From positions 1-33,718 of the IMG/VR virus record IMGVR_UViG_3300030372_003136: DNA of 33,718 bases. The stretch is one strand, 5' to 3'. This document shows, one piece after another, positions 1-6,580 of this stretch. Position numbers and translations under genes: made by a program. The stretch comes from a virus (lineage: Duplodnaviria; Caudoviricetes). The notes beneath the pieces are model-generated. The model worked only from the letters and a program-made list of their open reading frames with translations. It searched no databases and was not told the DNA's origin. Each line of letters starts with the position of its first letter. The stretch's first letter is position 1.

Positions 1-99
1 TGAAGTCCTCGCCCAACTCCTCGGCAGCATGACGCATGTCTTGCACACGTTCGAGGACACCGGCACGCTTGCCTTGGATGGCACGGCGCCGCTTGGCAA
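1..99. repeat. Terminal direct repeat, left copy (99 bp; probably assembly overlap of a circular contig)
   Basis: 1-99 is identical to 33620-33718 (TGAAGTCCTCGCCC...CGCTTGGCAA). It falls inside a reading frame that continues across the junction. Confidence 0.95.
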
Positions 100-298
100 T
101 CTTTACCTCAAGGCTGCGTAGGTCTTTCTCCTCTGCCTCCATCTTACGAGCGACGTAGAGACAAGCCTTGACCTTGTCATCTACCCTGCCGAGGTAGTCC
201 TCCAGCAGCGCATCGAATGCGCCGATGTCTCCTCCCTCTTCCTCGATGGCCTCAACAATAAGACCGGATTCACGGATAAGTTCGTAGCTGCTACTCAT
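1..298 (-). CDS. Siphovirus Gp157-family (Mu Gam-like) protein, 5' part; continues across the circular junction to 33411 (168 aa in total)
   Basis: ATG at 298 overlaps the TGA of 295..492 (ATGA). Manual translation MSSSYELIRESGLIVEAIEEEGGDIGAFDALLEDYLGRVDDKVKACLYVARKMEAEEKDLRSLEVKIAKRRRAIQGKRAGVLERVQDMRHAAEELGEDFK joins the ORF-track 33411..33665 protein. Coiled-coil N-terminus plus C-terminal EPKVDKTKAKELLKKGEEIAGLTL is typical of Gp157. Confidence 0.8.
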   Translation of the reverse strand, partial: MSSSYELIRESGLIVEAIEEEGGDIGAFDALLEDYLGRVDDKVKACLYVARKMEAEEKDLRSLEVKIAKRRRAIQGKRAGVLERVQDMRHAAEELGEDF

Positions 299-492
299 TG
301 CTCACCTCCGAGGAGCTTCTTGATGTGCTCCAAATGTGCTGGAGAGTCAAGAGCGGAGAGAACCTCTGTGGTCGTGGCCTCCTCTCGAATGCCGTCCATT
401 TGTGTTGGCTCCAATGAACTCGTCATCTGTTGAATGAATTCGTTCTGCTGCTCTGGTGTCATCTTCCTCAGTCTTGGTCTACGATTAGACAT
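295..492 (-). CDS. Hypothetical protein (65 aa)
   Basis: Overlaps both neighbours in the operon; GGAG upstream of the ATG; no recognisable motif. Confidence 0.7.
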   Translation of the reverse strand: MSNRRPRLRKMTPEQQNEFIQQMTSSLEPTQMDGIREEATTTEVLSALDSPAHLEHIKKLLGGEQ

Positions 493-1132
493 TGGTATCT
501 CCCTTTGATGGTGCCCCTTGCACGTCGTGTTTGAAGTCGTCTTTGTATCTGTTGCGTGTTTGCTCGCTCATGTCTTTTAGCCATGCCAGCAGGTTGACCC
601 TTCCCAACTGGTTCATTTGTGATGGCCTGTCCTTCTTAAGAATGGAGAGGATGTAGCAGACTTCGTCATAGGTGAAGCCAGCGTCACGCACCTCCGCCAT
701 GAAGCGTTTGCGGTGGCCTTCCCAATCCTTGTCATGCGCAGGGACAGCATCGGCATCACCGTGAAGGGCAGCGCCCTCGTCAATCTCCTCGGCGGTGGTG
801 TCACCGAGAGCCAGCATCTCACGCAGCGCACGGTTCTGTGCACGGACCTCGGCCATCTCAAAGGCTCTGTCTTTCGCTACACCTTTGATGTTCTTAGCAT
901 TGCCGTTGCCATGACCATTAAAGGTGCGCCCATCAGTGGTGACGATGGTGCATTCAAAGTAGAAGTCACCCTTCTCCACGTTGGAGATGTCCAGCATGCG
1001 CGTTGTCTTACTGTGTATCTTGCCCTGTGCCAGGTACAGCAGGCCAGGGTGATTGATGTACGGCTTGCCGGAAAGCATTGTGATGCCGTCAATCTTCTTC
1101 AGTTCAGGAAAGTATTTCTTCAGGAGTTTCAT
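485..1132 (-). CDS. Single-strand annealing recombinase (Rad52/ERF/Sak-like superfamily)
   Basis: GKPYI..GLL, beta-rich FECTIVTTDGRTFNGHG and EMAEVRAQNRALR...TTAEEI motifs typical of phage annealases; lies in one operon with Gp157 and SSB. Confidence 0.75.
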   Translation of the reverse strand: MKLLKKYFPELKKIDGITMLSGKPYINHPGLLYLAQGKIHSKTTRMLDISNVEKGDFYFECTIVTTDGRTFNGHGNGNAKNIKGVAKDRAFEMAEVRAQNRALREMLALGDTTAEEIDEGAALHGDADAVPAHDKDWEGHRKRFMAEVRDAGFTYDEVCYILSILKKDRPSQMNQLGRVNLLAWLKDMSEQTRNRYKDDFKHDVQGAPSKGDTNV

Positions 1133-1455
1133 CGGTAGTCCTCCACTGCTTCGAGAGCAGAGGTAAGGTTTTGAACAGCCTTTTTGATTGCATCGTGCAA
1201 GCCTTCCATCCTGGCGTTGTTGATAATGCGCACGTTGCGCTTCTCGCGCCAGTCGTCATACTTATCTTCAGCGATGGTCAAATAAACATTGGAGCTGTTG
1301 TCGATAGCCTCGCTCTCGTTGTAGTACTTGTCGCTGGCTTCAATCTCAAGGAAGGCGAGAGCATCGTGTGCCCTTTGCAGAATCTCGTATGCTCGATTGC
1401 CAAGCGGTTGGTATGGTGGAGTTTCCACCACTGTGAGGGTAGGAGTTCGTTTCAT
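1129..1455 (-). CDS. Hypothetical protein, first gene of the leftward recombination operon
   Basis: GAGG RBS, ATGA coupling to the next gene, helical composition. Confidence 0.7.
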   Translation of the reverse strand: MKRTPTLTVVETPPYQPLGNRAYEILQRAHDALAFLEIEASDKYYNESEAIDNSSNVYLTIAEDKYDDWREKRNVRIINNARMEGLHDAIKKAVQNLTSALEAVEDYR

Positions 1456-1480
1456 GTTTACCTCTTTGGTTGGTTGGTAC

Positions 1481-1521
1481 TTGCAGTTTTAGTTGATGTG
1501 ACTTATGGTGTCAAGCATCAA
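1481..1521. promoter_or_regulatory. Overlapping divergent sigma70-like promoters with imperfect palindromic operator
   Basis: Leftward TTGACA(1514-1509)-N17-TAAAAC(1491-1486); rightward TTGCAG(1481-1486)-N17-TATGGT(1504-1509); inverted repeat TTGATG-TGAC...GTCA-AG-CATCAA at 1493-1521. Confidence 0.55.
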
Positions 1522-1532
1522 GGAGAAATAAA

Positions 1533-1763
1533 ATGGCTAGCCAAGATAAAACATTGCCAGAACTTATCAAGACCAGGCGACGTGTCATGCGTTTGACGCT
1601 CGAAGAACTTGGTGGAATGTGCGGAGTATCTCATGCGGCGGTGGCTCACTGGGAAGCAGGGCGCAGGACTCCAGGTGCAAAACAACTGCACGATTTATCG
1701 ATTGCTTTAGAGCTTAGTGACCCACAAATTAAGCTGATGCTGAAGAGACTGTCGCAATGCTGA
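1533..1763 (+). CDS. Cro/CI-type (XRE) helix-turn-helix regulator
   Basis: LTLEELGGMCGVSHAAVAHWEAGRRTP is a canonical HTH_3 signature; AGGAG RBS; 76 aa with no peptidase domain. Confidence 0.9.
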   Translation: MASQDKTLPELIKTRRRVMRLTLEELGGMCGVSHAAVAHWEAGRRTPGAKQLHDLSIALELSDPQIKLMLKRLSQC

Positions 1764-2161
1764 TAGAGTTTATTGTGCCGGGGCAACCTGTAGCCAAGGC
1801 TCGCCCTCGTGTCACCAGCTTTGGTCACACCTACACACCAAAGAAGACGAAGCTCTACGAGCGTATGGTGTCAGGCCTTGCGCGTAAGGAGTGGATGTTC
1901 GAGCCGATGACAGGGCCATTGAAGCTGACAGTGGTGTGTGTATTCCAGCGCCCCAAGAGACTGATGCGTAAGGCAGACCCCGACGACAGGGTATGGATGC
2001 CAAAGCGACCGGACCTCGACAACTGTTTGAAAGCCATAAGCGATGGCCTCGACGTGGTGATGAAGGACGACGCACAGATAGTCATCATCGAAGCCAGCAA
2101 GTACTACGCAGCGAAGGGCGAAGAGCCCCACGTTTGCGTTAGGCTGGAGCATACGGTATGA
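1757..2161 (+). CDS. rusA: RusA-family Holliday junction resolvase
   Basis: PGQPVAKARPR N-terminus, KRPDLDNCLKAISDGL and DDAQIV catalytic Asp motifs. Confidence 0.92.
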   Translation: MLIEFIVPGQPVAKARPRVTSFGHTYTPKKTKLYERMVSGLARKEWMFEPMTGPLKLTVVCVFQRPKRLMRKADPDDRVWMPKRPDLDNCLKAISDGLDVVMKDDAQIVIIEASKYYAAKGEEPHVCVRLEHTV

Positions 2162-2234
2162 CAGTGGAGAGTACATCGGGCATGATGTCTCTTAGGTTGG
2201 TACTCTCCCTTCAGCAATGGGGGGAGAGTCGGCC

Positions 2235-3116
2235 ATGAATAAGTGGAAGATGCGAGAGGCACTGATGAAGAGTGACCTCTCCCCTACATGCAAGCTGGTT
2301 TGGCTCTGCTATTGGTCGCACATGAACGACGTGCGTGTCGCTTGGCCGGGCAACGAGACTATCCAGACGTGGTCATCCTCAAGCAAGAGCTCAGTAATCA
2401 GAGCGAGGAATCATCTCATCTCTACCGGGTGGTTGGCGTTGACCACCACTCGCAAGGGAGGGAGAGCCAAGTCTGGGAAATACCGTGTCAAAGTGGGACG
2501 GTTTGAAGACAAAGAAACGGTGTCACCCTGCGACTTAAACGGTGTCAATCTGACACTAAAGGGTGTCACTGTGACACCCGAACTATTTCAAGAACCTATT
2601 AAGGAACTAATTAAGGAGAGCCAACCAATGAGTGATGTCAATAAGTCAACGGCCCGAGAGGTGTTCGCCCGATTCAATGCAGTACGAATGAAGTATTCGC
2701 CCGATGGTAGAGAACTGAGTTTCAAGACGTGGAAGAAACCATTCGAGCGTGCGCTAAAGGAAGCACCTGATGCACAGCATCTGCTGGATGCATGGACTCT
2801 GTTCTGGACTGAGCCCTGTTTCGAATGGAATCGTACAGTGCCAGCGAACAAGGTGGCCTACTTCCTACGCGCCAGGAATCTGCCGCAGTGGTTCGATGCC
2901 GTCGATGCTATGCGTCACAGCAAGAAAGCTATTGGTGCGGTGGCAAAGCTGAAGGTGGACACGTCAACCATCGGGCTAGCTACCACTTTCTGGATGCGCA
3001 ACCGAGTGGAGGCAGAGGCAGCACGCAATGAGGGAGACGAAGCCTTTGCTGCGTACCTCGATGAGAGCGTCACTCACCCCGACAACGTGGTGGCATTGCT
3101 CCGGAGGCAGGCGTGA
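2235..3116 (+). CDS. Phage replication initiator (N-terminal winged HTH, lambda O-like organisation)
   Basis: LSPTCKLV...AWPGNETI......SKSSVIRARNHLISTGWL is an HTH_36-like domain; internal iterons; immediately upstream of the helicase. Start placed at ATG 2235 (GGAG at 2223-2226). Confidence 0.8.
   Translation: MNKWKMREALMKSDLSPTCKLVWLCYWSHMNDVRVAWPGNETIQTWSSSSKSSVIRARNHLISTGWLALTTTRKGGRAKSGKYRVKVGRFEDKETVSPCDLNGVNLTLKGVTVTPELFQEPIKELIKESQPMSDVNKSTAREVFARFNAVRMKYSPDGRELSFKTWKKPFERALKEAPDAQHLLDAWTLFWTEPCFEWNRTVPANKVAYFLRARNLPQWFDAVDAMRHSKKAIGAVAKLKVDTSTIGLATTFWMRNRVEAEAARNEGDEAFAAYLDESVTHPDNVVALLRRQA
2519..2617. repeat. Replication origin: three palindromic iterons plus an AT-rich tract
   Basis: GGTGTCA at 2519, 2541 and 2562 (22/21-bp spacing); GTGTCA-N3-TGACAC at 2542-2556; perfect GGGTGTCAC-T-GTGACACCC at 2561-2579; followed by AT-rich 2581-2617 containing ATTAAGGA twice. 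Confidence 0.75.
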
Positions 3117-4456
3117 CCAGTGAACAGATAGTCTTGTGCGGCATCATGAATGGCACCGTCGCCATTGACATGGTGAACCTGGACTCCGAAGAGTTTTTGG
3201 AGAGGCGACACGCCAACCTGTACAGCATGCTGCGCTCTCGGCATAGAGCCAAGATGCCGGTGGACTTGCCCGCTGTCATTCAGTACCTCATTCACAACAA
3301 GACAGAAGACTGCGGCGACATCGTCTACATCTCCAGCATAGGGGACCAGGTATCCTTTCGAGACAATATCGAGAAGCACATCCGGCAGGTGAGGGAGAAG
3401 GCACAGGCCCACCGGCTTCACACTGCGGTGGCTGGAATCCAGGCCAGACTCAAGAGCCAAGAGCTGGACAGCGAGGGAGCCTCTGTTGAACTCATTGCCG
3501 AGGCCTCGATGGTGCAAGACCTGCACACTCCTACGCTAGAGGAGGTGGTAGCCGGAGTCAGCGCCAACCTTGACGCCGAGGCAGGTGGAGAGCGCCAGGT
3601 ATACATGCCATCGGGAGTGCCAGAGATAGACAGCCACCCTGACTTCATGGGGCTGTCAAGAGATGGGGTCAGCCTGATACTTGCTGCATCTGGGATGGGC
3701 AAAACCAGTTTTTTAAACGCCATCACCCTCGGTCTGTTGAAACAGCGCAGGTGTGTGTACCTGCACGGCAGCGAGACAAGCCCGGCCCGGCGCATGCGCG
3801 ACTTGCTCTTCACCCTGGCGAGGGTTGACGGGAGGGCATGGGCGATGCAAACAAGACAGCTGGGCGAGCTCATGGACAGCGACCCATTGAAGGCACACAT
3901 CCTGCGGGATGTAACCGAATGGAGGGAGAGGCTTAGACTTGCGCAGGCCTGGCTCAAAAACGCGGACCTGCATCTGACCGGTAGCGGATTGACAGCAGAG
4001 CAAGTCAGCGCCACGGCTCGACGCCTGCGCATGCGAGGCAAGGCAGAGGTAGTGCTGGTGGACTACCTGCAAGACCTGAGTCCTTCAAAATCAGTGAAGG
4101 CAGGCGACAGGGTAGCGCAAGTAGGCTACTCCAGCGGAGTACTCAAGGCGCTATCTGCAGACCTGCACATCCCCGTTATCGTAGCGGCACAAGTCAGCGG
4201 CGAGAAGCAAGGCCGCAAGCCAGCAGCCCCGGCTGTACATGACTGCCAGTGGTCGTCAACGGTACACCAGGACGCTGAGGAGTGCCTGGCCTTGTATCGG
4301 CCCGACTACTATAGGGACCGTGGACAAAACGCAGACGGGCCCGAGGGCGTGGTGCAATTGGTTGCACGCAAGCGCCGCACGGGCCGACTGTCCACCTTAT
4401 CGTTGCCGTGGGATGGGCCGACTAAGCAAGCCGGCCGCCCCCATATCAGGCTCTAA
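3113..4456 (+). CDS. dnaB: DnaB-like replicative helicase
   Basis: N-terminal DnaB helical domain (EQIVLCGIM...F....HANLY), Walker A AASGMGKTS, Walker B VVLVDYLQ, PVIVAAQ, QDAEECLALYR, KRRTG. Confidence 0.9.
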   Translation: MTSEQIVLCGIMNGTVAIDMVNLDSEEFLERRHANLYSMLRSRHRAKMPVDLPAVIQYLIHNKTEDCGDIVYISSIGDQVSFRDNIEKHIRQVREKAQAHRLHTAVAGIQARLKSQELDSEGASVELIAEASMVQDLHTPTLEEVVAGVSANLDAEAGGERQVYMPSGVPEIDSHPDFMGLSRDGVSLILAASGMGKTSFLNAITLGLLKQRRCVYLHGSETSPARRMRDLLFTLARVDGRAWAMQTRQLGELMDSDPLKAHILRDVTEWRERLRLAQAWLKNADLHLTGSGLTAEQVSATARRLRMRGKAEVVLVDYLQDLSPSKSVKAGDRVAQVGYSSGVLKALSADLHIPVIVAAQVSGEKQGRKPAAPAVHDCQWSSTVHQDAEECLALYRPDYYRDRGQNADGPEGVVQLVARKRRTGRLSTLSLPWDGPTKQAGRPHIRL

Positions 4457-4644
4457 GCCTCAGTCTCGAATAGGAATGCAAGGCAGGCCTGCCGAGCATG
4501 GGCGATAGCCTGCTTTGTTTCCACATTGCCCTCGTCTAGGTGCTCGTGAGCATCGGACACCATGACCCACAGGTCGTCCAGGGACTTGAAGTATTCAGCG
4601 GGACCGCGAAAAGACTTGCGTTCGATTTTGGATAGCCGACTCAT
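4453..4644 (-). CDS. Hypothetical protein (63 aa), last gene of the early leftward operon
   Basis: ATGA coupling to 4641..5105; its stop overlaps the helicase stop by 4 nt. Confidence 0.65.
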   Translation of the reverse strand: MSRLSKIERKSFRGPAEYFKSLDDLWVMVSDAHEHLDEGNVETKQAIAHARQACLAFLFETEA

Positions 4645-5105
4645 GACGCACCCCCAAAGAAGCGCACGTCACGCGGAGGCCTGCGGTTATCGGCGGCCTC
4701 TAAGCCTAGCACCTGTGCGATATCGTCAAGGCGAGACAGGCCACTGGTCAGGACATAGTCCACACGGAAATTGCCTGACTTGCTATAGACTTTCTGCATG
4801 TCCGCGAGCGTATCGTGCAGACCGAGACCGGCATAGCCGTTGCTATTCTGGTGCTCTATCCATGGGGTGCTAGCCTTGCCCCCTTTGCTATGAGTTAGGC
4901 TAAAGTGAGCGCCGCCCGGTGCCTCCATTCGTTTGAATAGGTGCCGCAACAGGTCGAGGCGTTGAGGGTTGCGAACGGTATAGCTGCCATCCTTTGCGCG
5001 GGCTCTACCCTTGGCCATGAGGCATAGGGCGAGGCGGTTGCCATCGAGGGCAAGGGATACACCGGCATCGATTCCGGGGACGTGAAAGGTGGAATAAGTG
5101 GGCAT
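4641..5105 (-). CDS. Hypothetical protein (about 154 aa)
   Basis: Start moved to ATG 5105 (MPTYSTF...) because GGAG lies 6 nt upstream; no recognised domain. Confidence 0.7.
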   Translation of the reverse strand: MPTYSTFHVPGIDAGVSLALDGNRLALCLMAKGRARAKDGSYTVRNPQRLDLLRHLFKRMEAPGGAHFSLTHSKGGKASTPWIEHQNSNGYAGLGLHDTLADMQKVYSKSGNFRVDYVLTSGLSRLDDIAQVLGLEAADNRRPPRDVRFFGGAS

Positions 5106-5121
5106 GATATTCTCCAATGGT

Positions 5122-5199
5122 TTAGGATTTTGGTAGGGTTAGCCAGCCTGCATAGAAGCAGGCGACCAGGAAAGAGAGTTCAATCAGGGCTTGTGTCAT
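5122..5199 (-). CDS. Small hydrophobic (single TM) peptide, 25 aa
   Basis: Manual translation MTQALIELSFLVACFYAGWLTLPKS*; GGAG 8 nt upstream; fills the gap between two same-strand genes. Below the ORF-track cut-off. Confidence 0.6.
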   Translation of the reverse strand: MTQALIELSFLVACFYAGWLTLPKS

Positions 5200-5229
5200 T
5201 AGATAGACTCCAGTGGTTTTGGGTTGGGT

Positions 5230-6072
5230 TTAGATGTCAATGCGTTGGACAAAGCCAGTGGTATCGGCTTGCGCCTTTTCGCCCTTGGCATAGAGCGCGA
5301 CCCAATGTCCTGGCTTGTCATCGAATCGGGCGTCGTTCTTATCTCCGTCTAAGACCGGGTAGCCTTTGAAGCCTTGCTTGATGATATGCTTGGCGGCTCT
5401 CTTAGCTGCTGCAAGCTTGCTACCCTTAGGGCCAGCTACAACTACGGCTACATTGCCTCCTGCGTCGAGCCACTCTTTAGCGCGCTGGTCCGACTTGGAA
5501 TCCTCGCTATAGCTATAGGTCAAGTGGTAGTTATGCTTGCGCTTGTCCCGTGCTTTGACAGGGAATTTCGTGTAGTCGTAGAACCAGACATTGGGGAATT
5601 CCGACGTGTCAATGTAGCGCTCCCATTGAATGTCTGTGGAGCCGTTCAGGCGGATTGCGCATACCTTCCCGAGGGCGCGGGCTTGCACGTCTTTTAGCCG
5701 TATCTCAGCCTTGACCGTCTCGACGAATGCATCCCGGAATAGGTGGAACCATAGCGCTTTGATAACTTGCACTCGCTGATTGGCTGGAAACTTAAGGTTG
5801 CCCGTACTGTGGGCAAGGCAAGCCGCGGCGCATCCATCGGTGGCAAAGGGGCATAGGTTTATTCCTGCAAGCTTGGCAGGAGCCAAGTAGGCGATAGCCG
5901 TATAGTATCCGGCGCCGTTTCCCTTTTCAGTCTTGGTAGACTTGCCAAGGATAGGCCTAACCTTGCCGGTTTTAGTAAACATGAATTGCTCGAGTAGCTC
6001 GGCGCCTGTCAGGTTGGGGTCGATGTCACAACGCTCTAAAGCGCTGCGAATAGCTGGGGTGATTTTGGGCAT
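5230..6072 (-). CDS. Gp88-family protein (putative Fe-S / radical-SAM-like enzyme)
   Basis: NLCPFATDGCAAACL (C-x6-C-x3-C), IRLNGSTDI.WE, FYDYTK, NYHLTYSYSE, GDKNDARFDD and ALYAKG match the phage Gp88-like family as I know it. Confidence 0.75.
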   Translation of the reverse strand: MPKITPAIRSALERCDIDPNLTGAELLEQFMFTKTGKVRPILGKSTKTEKGNGAGYYTAIAYLAPAKLAGINLCPFATDGCAAACLAHSTGNLKFPANQRVQVIKALWFHLFRDAFVETVKAEIRLKDVQARALGKVCAIRLNGSTDIQWERYIDTSEFPNVWFYDYTKFPVKARDKRKHNYHLTYSYSEDSKSDQRAKEWLDAGGNVAVVVAGPKGSKLAAAKRAAKHIIKQGFKGYPVLDGDKNDARFDDKPGHWVALYAKGEKAQADTTGFVQRIDI

Positions 6073-6122
6073 GAGGGTATCTTTGTGGTTGGTTGGATTG
6101 AATGATTGAATAACTGTAGAAG

Positions 6123-6168
6123 AGCTTAGTGGCTATGTTACAGACTGTCACTAAAAAAATGAAAATAG
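6123..6168 (-). promoter_or_regulatory. Sigma70-like early promoter with UP element for the Gp88 operon
   Basis: Minus strand GTGACA(6151-6146)-N17-TAAGCT(6128-6123), preceded by the T-tract TATTTTCATTTTTTTA. Confidence 0.65.
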
Positions 6169-6255
6169 TTTTGCCGCTTGCTCTCAGTCTAACGTTTTAT
6201 TGTGGAGCGCTTTGTAGGTTGCTAACCTTTTCAGGTAGGGCAAAGGGTGAGAGAG

Positions 6256-6381
6256 AATAGGGGAAGGGGGAGTCTTGCAATCCGATATGCTCCCCCCTCG
6301 GTATCGGGCAAAGCAGTACAATAGGGGGGGGATAGTCCGGGCAGGCAGTACACTCCCCCCTTGGTTTGTTCGTTGGGGGAG
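6256..6381. repeat. G/C-tract imperfect repeats with alternative hairpins
   Basis: AATAGGGG at 6256 and 6320; CTCCCCCCT at 6290 and 6353; CGGGCA(A/-)(A/G)GCAGTACA at 6305 and 6338; GGGGGAG at 6266 and 6375, complementary to the C tracts. Confidence 0.6.
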
Positions 6382-6420
6382 AGGTTATTTACCTAAGTAG
6401 TTGAAATCATTAGAGAATGA

Positions 6421-6448
6421 ACCTCTGATAATCTACATTATGTTCAAT
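6421..6448 (+). other. dif-like XerC/XerD recombination site
   Basis: ACCTCTGATAA-TCTACA-TTATGTTCAAT in 11-6-11 format. The right arm matches the E. coli XerD arm TTATGTTAAAT at 10/11, and the inner ATAA/TTAT dyad is present. Confidence 0.8.
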
Positions 6449-6580
6449 GAGCTCAGCCAAAGGCTGAGGGGTCGAGGGGGGGCCCAAATGGGGGTCCGGT
6501 ATAATGTAGACATTTGAGTATAGAAATCCCCTGCAACATTTGGAATCGCCGCAACATTCAGAACCTGCTACTCTACCGAC

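Noticed and set aside
1507-1513. GGTGTCA iteron core in the divergent promoter (also near 797 and 1867)
   Set aside because: A 7-mer is expected a few times by chance in 33 kb, and these copies lack the TGACAC half-site at iteron spacing.
6159-6260. 33-aa hydrophobic ORF MKIVLPLALSLTFYCGALCRLLTFSGRAKGERE on the + strand
   Set aside because: It has no SD and its start sits in the UP element of the leftward promoter; probably chance, though not excluded.
6256-6381. Possible mini-CRISPR array
   Set aside because: The repeats are short, interleaved and only two-copy, with no regular repeat-spacer pattern and no cas genes.
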